Assembly (NCBI RefSeq): GCF_018350175.1
Contig: NC_058368.1
Span: forward strand, 132,434,001-132,498,000
Length of the DNA: 64,000 nucleotides
Source of the DNA: Felis catus
Lineage: Eukaryota
Direction of reading: 5' to 3'
Position numbers and translations under genes: made by a program. Positions 25,349 through 39,813 of this stretch are shown here, piece after piece (positions within the stretch are counted from its first letter, which is position 1; each line of letters opens with the position of its first letter). The notes beneath the pieces are model-generated. The model did not search any database and had not been told where the DNA came from. It saw only the letters and a program-made list of their open reading frames with translations.

Positions 25349-25685
25349 CTAATGGGTTTTTTAAAAATTAAGAGAAATATTTTACTGATAAAATACATAA
25401 AATAATGAGTATATGTAACTGGTTACTCATAAAGTTGATCAAACACTTTGTTCAAACTTCATTTGTTCAAACCAAGTAACTAGCTTTATGAAAGTAAAAT
25501 TCTCTAACATATAAGGAAACTACAGATCAAGTCATTAATAAAAGGCCATGTAACTAACAGTTGGCAAAAGTTAAAGTAAAACTCGCAATTTCTAATAAAA
25601 TTTCCCCTATTTTCATCTATGTATTTCATGTTAACATTTAAAAAACTTTTTCCTATTTCAAAAACCTAGAATACAAAATTAATAC

Positions 25686-25784
25686 CTTGATTCAGAAATT
25701 GTCACAACCTGATTTTTCAATTCACTGTGCACTACATTAAGAGATTCCAATATCTGTTGTTGTTCCTCCAACCACTGTTGCTCC
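25686..25784 (-). CDS. CENPK: CENP-K coding exon 6/9
   Basis: 99 bp, (R)EQQWLEEQQQILESLNVVHSELKNQVVTISES, phase 2-2. Confidence 0.97.
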
Positions 25785-25883
25785 CTTTAAACATGGAAAA
25801 ACAAAACCAACAATAGCCAAATAAAACATTAATGCCAATTCAACATATATCTGTAACTAAAGGCAATTATAATATAAATATAC

Positions 25884-25966
25884 CTTTCCAAGTCTTCCTT
25901 TAACTTTTCATTCTTTGACTGAAGAGTAGAGAGTACCAATTCAAGATCATGTCTCAATTTTTGGAA
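25884..25966 (-). CDS. CENPK: CENP-K coding exon 5/9
   Basis: 83 bp, FQKLRHDLELVLSTLQSKNEKLKEDLE, phase 0-2; a 99-bp intron follows. Confidence 0.97.
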
Positions 25967-27179
25967 CTAGAACAAAACAATTCAAATTAATTACTTAGTC
26001 TGTAATCCCATAAACAGTTATATTTATGAATGAGAGTGAAATTTACATTATTTGTTTAGGGTAAATACTCAAAAATCAAGAGCAAAAGACCACCAGAAAG
26101 TCTTTGAAAGGAAAAAAAACAGCAGATACTAAGTTCTTTGTAATATTTCATTTGTTAAATTCAAAAATATAAGAAGGGGTTTTGAGTAATAAATTTGAAA
26201 TTCACACCAAAATCCAATTAAATGATTAAGTTTTCAGTAATCAGGGAGATTAGGTGTCTTTTCTAAGAAGACTATACAAAACAAACATGAATGATTATCA
26301 TTCATTTAACAAATATTTATTGATCATTGACTACCAGGCATAGTTGAGAGAGTCAAGGATTCAAAGATGAACAAACAGGAGAATCCAAACAAGCAAATAT
26401 ATAACTGCAGAGAGCAATCAGTATCATAAAAAAAAAAAAAAAAAAAAAAAGTCAAAATAGGAACACAGAAATGAGGAGCAGGAATGGCTCTTTTAGGTAA
26501 TATGATAGGGAGAGACCTCTCTGATCAGGTTAAGAGTATCACAGCAGATAAAGACAAGAGATATGACACTGACAATATCTAGCAAAAGAATGTTCCACAC
26601 AGAAAGATTGTAGGTACAAAGGCAATGAGGCAAGAATATGTGTGAGGTATTTGAGGCACACCAAAAGAACTCTGTGTTGCTACAGCATATTACAAGAACA
26701 TCTGGATTTTTTTTCTAGTATCTTTTTGTTTTTTTAACATATTAGCTAGTATTCCACTTTCTTGATGTCAAGCGTTTACCTGAGCTTTTTATACATCTAA
26801 ATCAGTGACAATTTAAAGTTGTCTATTATAGGGGCATCTGGGTGGCTTAGTCAGTTGAGCATCCAACTTTGGCTCAGGTCATATCCCTCAGTTTGTGAGT
26901 TCAAGCCCCACATCAGGCTCACTGCTATCGGCATGGAGCCCACTTCGGATCCTCTATCCTCCTTTCTCTCTGCCTCTCCCACTCCCACTATCTCTCCCAA
27001 AAATAAAATAAAAATGTAAACAAACAAATAAATAAATAAAATAAAGATGTCTATTATAAACCTTAGCGAAACCACAAAAAGGGGAGAAATAACCAAATAA
27101 ATCAATAGTGTAAATAAAATGGTTTTATTTTTAAAAATACACAATTCAAGAAATTGGAAAGAGAGGAAAACAGGAACAG

Positions 27180-30100
27180 AGAAAAGGTAATACACATAGG
27201 AAAGAAAAATGCAAGTACAAAGATTTCAAAGCAACCACACTGATATTACGTTAAATATGATCTAACAATAGAATTAAATTAAAAATAAATAAGAGAAAAG
27301 TAATAGGAAATATTTGCAAATGTTTGAATACTAAAAACACACTTCTAAATCATCCATGAATCAAAAAAGTAATAATCTGTAAGAATATAAGAAATTATTA
27401 TGAATTATTTGAAAATAAAAACAAAATAAAAATTTCTGGGGTGAAACAAAAGCAGTACTCAAATGAGAATTTACAGAACTAAAAGCCTATATGAGAAAAA
27501 TGAAAGCTCTCAAATTAATGACAACTTCTACCATAAGAAAGAGAGCAAATAAAATCAAAAGTAAACTGAAGAAAAAATAATGATTAAAAAAACCTTAAAT
27601 CAATGATATAGAAAAACAAAAAGAAAACTGAGGGAAAAAAATCAAAGAAACCCAAAGTTGGTATTTTGAGAAGGTCAACAAAATCACCCACGCAAATTAC
27701 AAGAGAAAAAAGAACAAAAATTATTAACATTAGTTACAAGAGAGGTGACATTACTATAAACATTAAAATGGTAATGGGGAAATATTGAACAAATTTAATA
27801 AACTGGACAAATTAGATGAGATGTACAAGTTCTTTAAAAGACACAAACTATACCACTCATTCAGAGAAAAACAGAAAACCTGATGAGTCATAAAAAACCT
27901 AAATTTGTGGCTAAACATTTTCCCACAAAGAAACTCCAGTTCCAAATGGCTTTACCTGTGAATTCTAACAAACATTTAAAGTAATAAAAATACTGATTCT
28001 GTATAAACTCTTTTGAAGAAAGAATACTTCTCAACTCATTCTATTAGGCTTGATATGAAAGCCTAACAAAGATGTCACAAGAAAAGTAAACCACAGACTG
28101 GTATCTCTCATTAACATAGATACAAAAACCTTAATAAAATTTTAGCAAATGAAGTCCGTCAATAAATTAAAAAACATTATTACACAGTGGGTTTTTCCTA
28201 GGAATGCATGGCTAATTAACCAGTTAATACCAATTAAAAAAATCAATGTACTGAGTCAATTAATTCAATATAGCCACAGGATATAAAATTAATATACAGA
28301 AATCTGTTGAATTTCTATACACTAATAATGAGGTAGCCGAAAGAAATTAAGAAAACAATCCCATTTATAACTGCACCAAAAAGAATAAAATACTAGTAAT
28401 AAACTTAACCAATGAGGCCAACCAAAGATCTATATTCTGAAAACTATAAAACACTGATGAAAAAAAATTGGAAAAGACACAAATAAACGGAAAGATACTT
28501 CATGCTAATGGACAGGAAGACCAATATTGTTAAAATGTCTATACTACCCGAAGCAATCTGCAGATTTTATGCAATCCCCGTCAAAATGCCACCAACAGTT
28601 TTCACAGAATTAGAACAAATGATCCTAAAATTTGTACAGAACCCCCCAAAAACCTTAAATAGCCAAAGCAATTTTGAAAAAGAACAAAAGCTGGCGATAT
28701 CACAATCCCAGATTTCAAAAAATACTACAAATCTGTGGTAACCAAAACAGTATGGTACTGGCACAAAAACTGATAGAAATCAATGGAACAGAATAGAGTC
28801 CAGAAATGAATCCATACTTTCATGGTCAATTAATCTATGACAAAGGAGGCAAAAATATACAATGGGAAAAAGACCATTTCTCCAACAAATCGTGTTGGGA
28901 AAACTGGAAAGCTACATGCAAAAGAATGAAATTGAACCACATTCTTATACCATACACAAAAACAAATTCAAAATAGATTAAAGACCTTAATGTGAGACTT
29001 AAAACCATAAAATTTCTAAAAGAAAACACAGGTAAGTAATTTCTTTGACATGAGCCATAGAATTATTTTTCTAGACATGTCTCCTCTGGCAAGGGAACAA
29101 AAACAAAATTAGGGGCGCCTAGGTGGCTCAGTTGGTTAAGCGTCGGCTTCGGCTCAGGTCACGATCTCACGATTCGTGGGTTTGAGCCCTGGGTTGGGCT
29201 CGGTGGTGACAGCTGAGTCTGGAGCCTACTTGGGATTCTGTCTCCCTCCCCCGCTTGTGCTCTGTTCTCTCTCTCTCAAAAATAAATAAACATTAAAAAA
29301 ATTAAAAATAAATAAGTAAATAAACATTAAAAAAAACAAAAAACAAAATTAAACTCTTGGGACCACACCAAAATAAAAAGTTTTGCACAAAGAAACCATC
29401 AACAAAACAAAAAGGCAACCTACTGAATGGGAGAAGATATTTGCCAATGATATATCTGATAAGGGGTTCAAATCTAACTATGTAAAGAACTTATACAACA
29501 CAATGTCAACAAAAATAAATAATCCAATTAAAACTGAGCAGAGGACCTGAATAATCATTTTTCCAAAAAGGACATACAGATAGCCAACAGACACATGAAA
29601 AGATGCTCAATATCACTAATCATCAGGGAAATGCAAATTAAAACAATTCACTACACACCTGTCAGAATGGCTAAAATCAAAAACACAAGAAATAACAAAT
29701 GTTGGTAAGGATGTGGAGAAAAAGAAACCCTTATGCACTATTGGTAGGAATGCAAATTGATGCAGCCACTGTGGGAAACAGTATGGAAATTCCTCAAAAA
29801 ATTAAAATTACAATTTCCACATAATCCAGTAATTCCACTACTGGGTATTTACCTAAAGAAAACAAAAACATTAATTTGAAAAGACACATGCATCCCTATG
29901 TTTACTGTAGCATTATTTACAATAGCCAAGAAATGAAAACAACTCAAGTGCCCTTCAATAGACAATTGGATAAAAAAGATACGGGGCGCCTGTGTGGCTC
30001 AGTCAGTTAAGCATCAGACTTCAGCTCAGGTCATGATCTCATGGTTTGTGGGTTCAAGCCCCATGTTGGGTTCTGTGCTGACAGTTCAGAGCCTGGAGCC

Positions 30101-32171
30101 TGCTTCAGATTCTGTGTCTCCCTCCCTCTCTGCCCCTCCCTCACTCATGCTCTGTCTCTGTCTATCTCTCTCAAAAATAAATAAACATCAAAAAATTTAA
30201 AAACAAAAACCAAAAAAGACATGGTACAATCTATACTATGGACTATTAGTCATAAACAAAGAATGACATCTTCCCATTCGTAACAACATGGATGGATCTA
30301 GAGGTATACTGCTAAGTAAAATAAGTCAAATGGAGAAAGACTATACCATATGATTTCACTCATACGTGGAATTTAAGAAACAAAGGAACAAAGGAAAAAA
30401 AAGGATATAGATAACAAATATAGATAACATATTGGGTTTCCAGAGGGGAGGTGGATGGAAGGATAGGGAAAACAGATAAAAGGGATTAAGGGTACACTTA
30501 TTTTGATAAGCCCTAAGAAATGTATAGAATTGTTGAATCATTATATTGTATACATGAAACTAATATAATACCCTATGCTTAAATCAATGTAATTTATTAT
30601 ATCAATAGACTAAAAAAATTCATCTTCCCTATGAATTCAGAAAAAATAAATGACAAAATTCAATAATAATTTATGATTTTAGAAAAGACTTTATAACTTT
30701 TAACAGAAGGTAATTTCCGGGGCACCTGGGTGGTTCAGTCTTTTAAATGTCCAACTCACTGTCATGAGATCAGACCCTGAGTCGGGCTTTGTGCTGACCA
30801 CTGGGTCTGCTTAAGATTCTTTCTCCCTCTCCCTCTGCCCCTTCCAAGTTCATGCTAACATGCACAAACGTGTTCTCTCTCTCTCTCTCTCTCTCTCTCA
30901 AAAAAAAAAAAAAAAAAAAAGAAGGTAATTTCTGCAAGGGCACCTATGAAAAACCTACTGCTAATACCACACTTAATGATGAAAAAGAGAATGCTAGCCA
31001 CTAAGGTCAGGAACAAGGCAAAAATGTCCATTCCTACCACTTTTGTTATATTACTGTACGTCCTAGAGCAGTACAGTAAGCCAAGGAAAACATAAAAGGC
31101 ATACAGATGGAAAGGAATAAATACACATGCCTCTGATCTCAGATGACATGACTAGCTATGTAGGAAATCTCAGAGCACCTACAAAAAGGCTACTAGAATA
31201 AATGGGTTTATCATACTCACTAATAGAAGACCAATATATAAATATTAATTTGTATGTACCAGCAATAAATAATTGACAATTGAAAAAAGAATACCAGTTT
31301 AATAGCACTAAAAATACAAAATTCTAAAGGGATGAATTTGACAAAAATACATAAGACCTGCACATCTCTGTTACAATTTATTAAATTGTTTTTAAAAATT
31401 ATGAATTGGGATGGGGCACCTGGGTGGCTCAGTTGGTTGAGTGTCCGACTTCGGCTCAGGTCATGATCTCGCAGTTTGTGAGTTCGAGCCCCACATTGGG
31501 CTCTGTACTGCCAGCTCGGAGCCTAGAGCCTGCTTCGGATTCTGTGTCTCCCTCTCTCTCTGCCCCTTCCCTGCTCACGCTCTGTCTCTCTCTGTCTCTC
31601 AATAATAAATAAACATTAAAAAATAATTTTTTTTAATTAAAAAAAAATCATGAATTGGGACACCTGGCTGGCTCAGTCGGTAGTGCATGAGACTCTTGAT
31701 CCTGGGGTCATGAGTTCAAGCCTTCTATTGAAGGAGAGTTGCTTAAAAAAAATTAAAATAAAAAAAAATCAAGAATTAATATTGAAATTTGTCACATTCT
31801 TTCTGAATTCATGAGATGATTAAAAGTCTTTTTTTCTTTTTTAGCTTTTAATATAGTGAATTATAAAACACTGATGATATAAATCTTAAAAATATAAACA
31901 AATGGAGACCTAAATAAATGCATAGATCATACAGGGCTCCTGGATCTGAATTGAGACTCAGTATGCTAAAGATGTCAATGCTCCTCAAATTAAACTACAG
32001 AATCAGGGAAATCTCAGTCAAAATTATGGGACAGAATGACCAGCCAACTCTAATATATAGGAAAATATAAAACAGTTCTGATAAAGAACAAAGATAGAAA
32101 ATCACTCCCATTTTATTTCAAGATTTATTATAAATCTTAAGTAAATAAAACAATGTTGTCTTCAAAAAATT

Positions 32172-32202
<31 letters not shown>

Positions 32203-32700
32203 CACACAAGTGGGGAAAAGGGGCAGAGGGAAAGAGAGAATCTCATGCAGGCTCCCTGTTCAGGGTGGAGCCCAATGTTGGGCTCGATCCCACGACCCTG
32301 GGATCCTGACCTAAGTCGAAATCAAAACCTGAACTGACACTCAACTGACCGACCCAAGCACCCCTAAAACAATGTGGTATTGACCTAAAGACAGAAGACA
32401 CACAGAAAAAAAAGAAGAGAAATAACCACAGAATGAATAAATGTGGAGTCTAGAAACAGATCCACATATATGCCATCAATTAATTAATTTTCAATAAACA
32501 TGCAAAGGAAATTCAAAAAAGAAAATATAATTTTCTTAACAATTTGTTCCAGAACACCCACAATTAGTATTCATATGAAAGAAAATACAACTTTATCAGT
32601 AACCAATTCCATATAAAAACATGAATACAAAATGGATCATAAATGTGAAACTTAAAAAATTTTAAAGAAAACATTCAAAAAAAATGTTTGTGACCTTAAG
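27180..32700 (+). mobile_element. Old degenerate L1 (ORF2 region) hosting a younger L1 and many SINEs
   Basis: A-rich ORF2-like text, e.g. 'ctcaactcattctat.aggc', 'aacatagatacaaaaa.c.ttaataaaattttagcaaat', 'cagatgacatga'. Confidence 0.85.
28251..30580 (+). mobile_element. Carnivore L1 3' portion nested in the older L1
   Basis: ORF2-like peptide 28502-28741 ([21 protein letters not shown]); flanked by aaatcaatgta at 28240-28250 and 30581-30591. Confidence 0.9.
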
Positions 32701-33107
32701 TTGGGCAAATTTTTTTTAAGATTTTATTTTTGGGGCCCATGGGTGGATCACTCAGTTAAGCATCTGACTCTTGATTTTGGCTCAGGTCATGATCTCATGG
32801 TCGTGGGATCAAGCCTTGTGTTGGGCTCTGCATCGTGACCATGGAGCCTGCTTTGCATTCTCTCTCTCTCTCCCTCTCTCTCTCTTTCAAAAAAAATAAA
32901 CAGACTTAAAAAGAAAAAAAAAAAAGATTTTATTTTTTAAGTAATCTCTACACCCAACATGGGGCTTGAACTCACAACCTCAACACCAAGAGTCACATAC
33001 TTTTCTTATTGAGCCAGACAGGTGCCGTTGTGCAAATATTTCTTATATTTATTTAAGCACAAACCTTAAAAAGAAAAAAAAAACTGATAAAATGGAGGTA
33101 ATCAAAG

Positions 33108-33900
33108 TATGCCTGTCTTCAGGATAGGCCCCTGGTGGACTCCTGAAGGATGACCTCTGAGGTCTTGTAATATTATACCTGATAAAAGTGTTTATGTAGG
33201 GGTGTCTGGTTGGTTCAGTCAGTAGAGCATGTGACCCTTGATGTCAGGGTCATGAGTTCAAGCCCCACTTGGGAATGGAGCCTATTTTTTAAAAAAAGGG
33301 TTTATGTATGCCTGGGACCTTAGGTCACTTGGTACCAGTTTTATTAGAGTCTATTCTAATCATATGATTTATGGTGGTCTAAAGGGCTGAAGCCCAAGTA
33401 GCTGAAGTCAGTCAAGGAAGCCCCACATGCATAGTGACTGACTCCGGATAAAAAACCCTGGACAACAAAGCTTAGGTGAACTTCCCTGTTTGACCACACT
33501 TTGCACATTTTGTCACATTCAGCTGCAAGGAGAACTAAACACATCCATGCAACTCCATTAGATAAGGACTCCTATAAACTTAGTCCATGTGTGTTTTCCC
33601 TTTGCTCATTTTAATCTGTGTCTTCTCACGGAAATAAACTGTAACCATGAGTACAATAGCTTTTCTGTGTTCTGTGAGCCAATTTAGCAAATCACCAGAC
33701 CTGACAGCGGTCTTGGGGAAAACCCTGACACAAATGGCAACACAAGTGGGATTTGCTATAATGACCCTAGCTCACCAAAACACAATGGAAGCACTATGTG
33801 GGAAAAAGAAGGTTAATGGGGCAGGGAATGATGAATCTGATGCCTAATGTTTATACCAAGTCAACAAAGATAGAAGACAACAGCCACAACATGATCAATA
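33108..33900 (+). mobile_element. MER21-like ERVL-class LTR plus PBS and start of internal sequence
   Basis: LTR ends '...aataaactgtaaccatgagtacaatagc...ttggggaaaaccctgacaca' at 33732, followed by tggcaacacaagtgggat (33735-33752). Confidence 0.7.
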
Positions 33901-34537
33901 ACTGCAGGCAGGGGTGCCTGTGTGGCTCGGTTGGTTAAGTGTCCAACTTTGGCTCAGGTCATGATCTCACAGTTCGAGAGTTCGAGCCCCACATCAGGCT
34001 CTGTGCTGACAGATCAGAGTGTGGAGCTGGCTTTGGATTCTGTCTCCCTCTCTCTCTCTGCCCCTCCCCCACTCACACTCGGTCTCTGTCTCAAAAATAA
34101 ACAAACATTAAAAAAATAATAATTGCAGGCAGAAGTAGTCAATGAAATTTAGAAATAACAGAAAAAATTCTCAGACACTTGGCTAACTGCATGTATAAGG
34201 AAATACAAAATAATGAGAAACAAGCTAAATATTCAAGCCCTTTGTTATTTTTATCTGTAACAATTAAAATGAAAGCAGAGTGTTAAGGCCAAAGCTGGTA
34301 CTGTATCTAGTTTGGATTTCAGTCAGTTCAAACCAGAACCGCTAGCCTTAGGGCTACTACCAAAGGGAAAATTATGGTGGACCATTAGCCCATGTGTCAT
34401 TTTTTTTTTCATGATATTGAAAATTTGGTGACTCTTCTCAATATGAAAAAGAAATATTATCTTTCATTCTGGGAAAATGTTCATGTATTATTTATTATTT
34501 CTTCACTTCCATTTTTTTAAAATTTTATTTATTTATT

Positions 34538-34575
<38 letters not shown>

Positions 34576-35816
34576 CAAATACAAGTGGGGGAGGTGCAGG
34601 GAAAGAGAGGGGGAGAGAGAATGCCAAGCAGGCTCTGCAATACCAGCACAGAGCCCAATGTGGGGCTCAAACTCCTGAACTAGGAGATCATGACTTGAGT
34701 TGAAATCAAGAGTCTACAGCTTAACTGACTAAGCCACCTGGGCATGCCCCCTCCATTTGTTTTTGTGTTTTTTTTTTTTAATTTGGAACTTCTACTGGTT
34801 GTATTTTGTACTTCTGAGTTGATAAAGATAGTTCTCTTCTATTATTCCAATTTTCCTGTTTTTGCCATCCTTACTCTGTAGATTTCCATGCCTATAATCA
34901 CCAACCTTTTTGTATTTATTTCAGGTATGTTTTCATTTACAAAGGCTCTTGTTCTCTGATTGGTTCTTTTCTTTTTTACTGTTTATTTCTTTAATTTTTT
35001 TTATTTATTGAGAGAGAGAGAGACAGAGCACAAGTGGGGGAGGGGCAGAGAGAGGGAGGGAGACACAGCATCTGAAGCAGGTTCCAGGCTCTGAGCTGTC
35101 AGCACAGAGCCCGATGCAGGGCTCAAACTCACAAACCATGAGATCATGACCTGAGCCGAAGTCAGACGCTTAACTGACGAAGCCAGCCAGGCGCCCCAAT
35201 GTTTATTTATTTTTGAGAGAAAGAGCATCCACGAGGGAGAGGCAAAGAAAGAGAGAGAGAGGGGGACAGAGGATCTGAAACAGGCTCCGTGCTGACAGCA
35301 CAGAGTCTGAGGAGGGCTCAGACCACGAGCTATGAGATCATGACCTACGCCAACTGAGCCAGCTAGGCACCTCTCTGATTGGTCATTTTATTATTTATTT
35401 ATTTATTTTTAATTTTTTTAAATGTTTATTTATTTTTGAGAGAAAGAGTGTGAGCGGGAGAGGGGCAAAGAGAGAGGGAGACACAGAATCTGAAGCAGGC
35501 TTCAGGCTCTGAGCTGTCAGCACAGAGCCCAACATGGGGCTCAAACTCACAGACAGCAAGATCATGACTGGAGATGTAGTCAGTCGCTTAACCTACTGGG
35601 CCACCCAGGCAGCCCTGATTGGTCTTTTTAAAAACAGCTTCACCGGGGTACCTGGGTAGCTCAGTTGGTTAAGCATCCAACTTCAGCTCAAGTCATTATA
35701 TCATGGCTTGTTAGTTCAAGCCCCATGTCCAGCTCTTTGCTGACAGCTGCTTCAGATTCTGTTATCTCACTCTCCCTCTGTCCCTTACCTGCTCAGGCTC
35801 TGTCTCTGTCTCATAA

Positions 35817-35871
35817 GTAGCTAGCTAGCTAGCTAGCTAGCTAGATAGATAGATAGACAGATAGATAGATA
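35817..35871. repeat. Compound (TAGC)n(TAGA)n tetranucleotide STR at a SINE tail
   Basis: Read directly. Confidence 0.95.
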
Positions 35872-35874
35872 AAG

Positions 35875-36835
35875 CTTGAGATATAATTCACATACCATAC
35901 AGTTTACTAATTTAAAGTATATAATTCAATAATGTTTAGTATTTTCATAAAGTTGTGTAACCATCACCACAATCTACTTTAGAACATTTTCATCATCCCA
36001 AAAGGAAACCTGTTAGCAGTACATATTAGCAGTCACTCACTATTTGCTCTACAATCACCTAGCCTTAATCAATAAGCAACAACCTACTTTCTGTCTCTAT
36101 GGATTTGCCTATTATGGACATTTCATATAAATGGAATCATATAATATGTAATCCTTTGTAACTAGCTTCTTTCATTTAGCATAATGTTTTTCAAGATATA
36201 CCTATATTATGGCATATCAGTACTTCAGTTCTTATTAGACAAAAAATATGTCATTGTACAGATATCACAATTTATTTATCTATTCATCAGTTGATGAACA
36301 TTTGGGTTATTTCCTCTTTTTGGCCATTAAGAAAAATGTTGCTATGGAGGCGCATGGGTGGCTCAGTCGGTTAAGCGTCCAAGTTGAGCTCAGGTCATGA
36401 TTTCATGGTTCATGGGTTTGAGTCCCACATCGGGCTCTGTGCTGATAGCTCAAGCCTGGAGCCTGCTTCAAATTCTGTGTTTCCCTCTCTCTCTGCTCTT
36501 CCCCCACTCACATTCTGTCCCTCTTTCAAAAATAAGTAACATTAAAAAATTAAAAATAAAAAAGAAAGAAAAATGTTGCTATGAACATTCATGTTTAAGT
36601 TTTTGTGTGGACACAAACTTATTTTCCTTTTTCTTAGGTGTATACCTCGGAGTGAAAGTACTGGTTTGACTAGTAACTTTCACCTTCTGAGGAACTACTA
36701 GTCTGCTTTCCAAAGTGGATGTAGCATTTTACATTCCCACCAGCAGTTCATCAGTGTTCTAATTTCTCCACATCTTCACCAATACTTGTTATTGCCTGTC
36801 TTTTGATTATAGCCATGTTTAGGGGTGTGAAGTAA
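35875..36835 (-). mobile_element. L1M-type 3' end, antisense, with nested SINE
   Basis: 'gatataattcacataccata...gtaaccatcaccacaat...ttttagaacattttcatca...ggacatttcatataaatggaatcata'. Confidence 0.88.
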
Positions 36836-37745
36836 TCCTTTTTTAAGTTACATTCTGTTATTTTTTTAATCAAAAAAATTCTTTATCTCTCTTTTAAAGA
36901 AATCTTGTTTCTAGCTACATACTTGAACCCTGAATACTGCAGTACCAGGTTCCTTCAAAACCTGGTTTTTCTCAATTCTGTAGGGCAGATAATCCCTTTA
37001 AATTTTTTTTTTTAATGTTTATTTATTTTTGAGAGACAGAGAGAGACAGAGCATGGGTAGGGGAGGGGCAGAGAGAGAGAGAGGAAGACACAGAATCCGA
37101 AGCAGGCTCCAGGCTCCAAGCTATCAGCACAGAGCCTGACGCGGGGCTCGAACTCACAAGCCGTGAGATCATGACCTGAGCCGAAGTCAGCCACTCAACT
37201 GACTAAGCCATCCAGGTGCCCCTTTTTAATTTTTTTTAAAAATGTTTATTTACAGATAATCTCTTTTTTCATCACTATTTCTATCTCTAGACACACTGAT
37301 ACTTATTTCTTTCCATGCACTACATCCTTACTTAAAATTTTTGTTTGCTTCTATCTTCTTTCCTATACTTTGACTTAATGGACTTACACTTAAAGTCTTT
37401 ATTGACATGTATATTATGTTTTGAGGACATACATATATTAGGATCATCTAACTATGTTTAATGTTTTCACTTTCATTATGAAGAGTTTAATCAAGTGAAA
37501 ATTAAGCACAACCATGAAGTTTACATATTAAACACTAATTTTAAACACAGTTCTAATATACAAATTGGTGATACAAAATTCAAATTATTTAAAATATTCT
37601 GTTCAACAGACATAATTAAAATCAAAATAAAAAAAATAATATGGCTTTAAAGTGGTTTCATTCTGCTTCTGATGTCATAAACTTACCCCAAATACTTCTA
37701 GTTATAAGTTAATTAGGGTTACTACCAATTCCTTAAGTTACTTAC

Positions 37746-37792
37746 CTCTTCTTCTCCTAATGTTACTAGAACTTCTTCATTCAGAGGAACTA
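37746..37792 (-). CDS. CENPK: CENP-K coding exon 4/9
   Basis: 47 bp, (I)VPLNEEVLVTLGEEE, CAG/GTAAGT, phase 1-0. Confidence 0.96.
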
Positions 37793-39813
37793 CTGCAGGA
37801 AAAAAACAGGCCAAAATTATATATATGGTGAGTTAACTCTCAAATATAAAGAATTTGATTTTGTGGCTTCTAAGATATCTCTTTCTCTTTCCTTAATTAA
37901 CACCTTTACATATATAATCAATACATAATTTTAGACAATATATATAACCAATATATAATTTTAGACAAACATGACATTTATACATTTTTGGGTTTTGTTT
38001 TCTAAATCCTCAAAAACAAAATTGGTTAAGTGTCCAACTCTTGACTTAAGCTCAGGTCATGATCTCATGCTTCTTGAGATCATGCCCCGTGTCAGGCTAT
38101 GCACTGAAAGCACAAAGCCTACCTGGGATTTTCTCTCCCCCTCGCTCTCTCTCTGCCCCTCCCTCACTCAGGCTCACTCTCTCTCTCTCTCTCAAAATAA
38201 ACTTAAAAAAATTAATAATCTATACTGTTTCCCTAAATATATCTCTCTGCAATTATATGATCCTATGCATGTATATGTACATGTATATTATCTACACACA
38301 CACATGCAAGGGTTATTCATTTTGTTATTGTTGGTTTCATGAGAAGGGGATATCATACACATTATTCTTATTTTTACTCAACAAAAAACCCATGGAAATC
38401 GTTTCTATCCTGATGTAAGTCTAATCCATAATTTTTAATCACTCCATAATATTCCACAGGGTGAATATACAAAGTGTATTGAGTAATATCAGTACTAATG
38501 AAACATTAACTTTGAACCTAAATTTTAGCCACAAAAAACAATGACTGTAGCATTTCTAAATTTATGTCTTTATGTACTAGTGCTTTCATTTGGGGAGGAT
38601 AAATTCTCAGAAATGGAATTCCATAGAAGGAAAAGCATATTTTGAATTTTAATATAGAATACCAGATTCTTTTCTAAAAACTTACTATTAGCAATAAGAA
38701 ACAGCAAAAGATACAATCAACTCTTCTACAATTTTTGCCAGTTCTTGAGTATCAACTAACATTTCATTTTAATTTTGTATAGCAAAATTTAATCCTTATA
38801 TTTAGAAAAGTTCAACCTTTGTACTTTAAGTTTACCTTTCCTAATAAAGTACTATTTAAAATTTCTCTAATAATATGCTACTGAAAACTTTCTAATCTAT
38901 CTACTATTCTACAGGGTCTTCTGACAGGAAAGAGCTTACGACACGTGCTTCATAGGACATATATTAGAACTGATTACTGGCAGCCCCAGGATGGCTCCCA
39001 AATCATTTCAATAAATGCAATGAGAAGGATTCTAAGAATGTAAAGTTAATAATCTCCCTCTTGTCCACTGTGGCCATGAGTAGTATTTCAATATTGATTC
39101 ACATAATTATTTAAGCCCATACAATATATAGCAGCTTCTAAGAATATAAAGATATTTTAAATCCTTTCAGTGGGGCAGTCTATGGGACTGGCAACCTTAA
39201 GCAAAGTGGTTATTTGACCTGTGGATCAGCCTGTGTGTTTGGTGTTACCAGCACAAAATGTGCACATAAGGGATGATGATAAGAAAAACAAAAATAGAAA
39301 ATTCCCTGATATATAGCATCAAAATGAATGAAATACTTTGGAATAAATTTAACCTAGGAGGCAAAAGACTGTGATGAAAACTACAAAACTACAAAGCAGC
39401 ACAGCACAGAGCCTGCTTCCGATCCTCTGTCTCCTTCTCTCTCTGCACCTCACCTGCTCACACTCTCTCTCTCAAAAATAAATAGACATTTAAAAAAAAA
39501 TCTTGAACAAGACATAAGAAAGACTATTATAATAAACTAGTGGATTGGTAATGAAGGCCTAAAGTAAATGTGTGGCAGTAGGGTTCAATATTTCATGATT
39601 GGCTATATGCGATACATGAAAAAAGAAGAACCTAGAAGGACTCTTAAGTTTATAGCTGATCAAATAAATTCCCTTCAATGGATCAGAGAATGGAGATCAA
39701 TTCATAAATCTCAGGTATCTATAGAATATTTTGGAAAAGATAACTAGAAAGTAGAGAGATACGTTAGTGTGATGTTACAAATAAGTCTGGCTTGGATACA
39801 TAGATTTGGAAGC

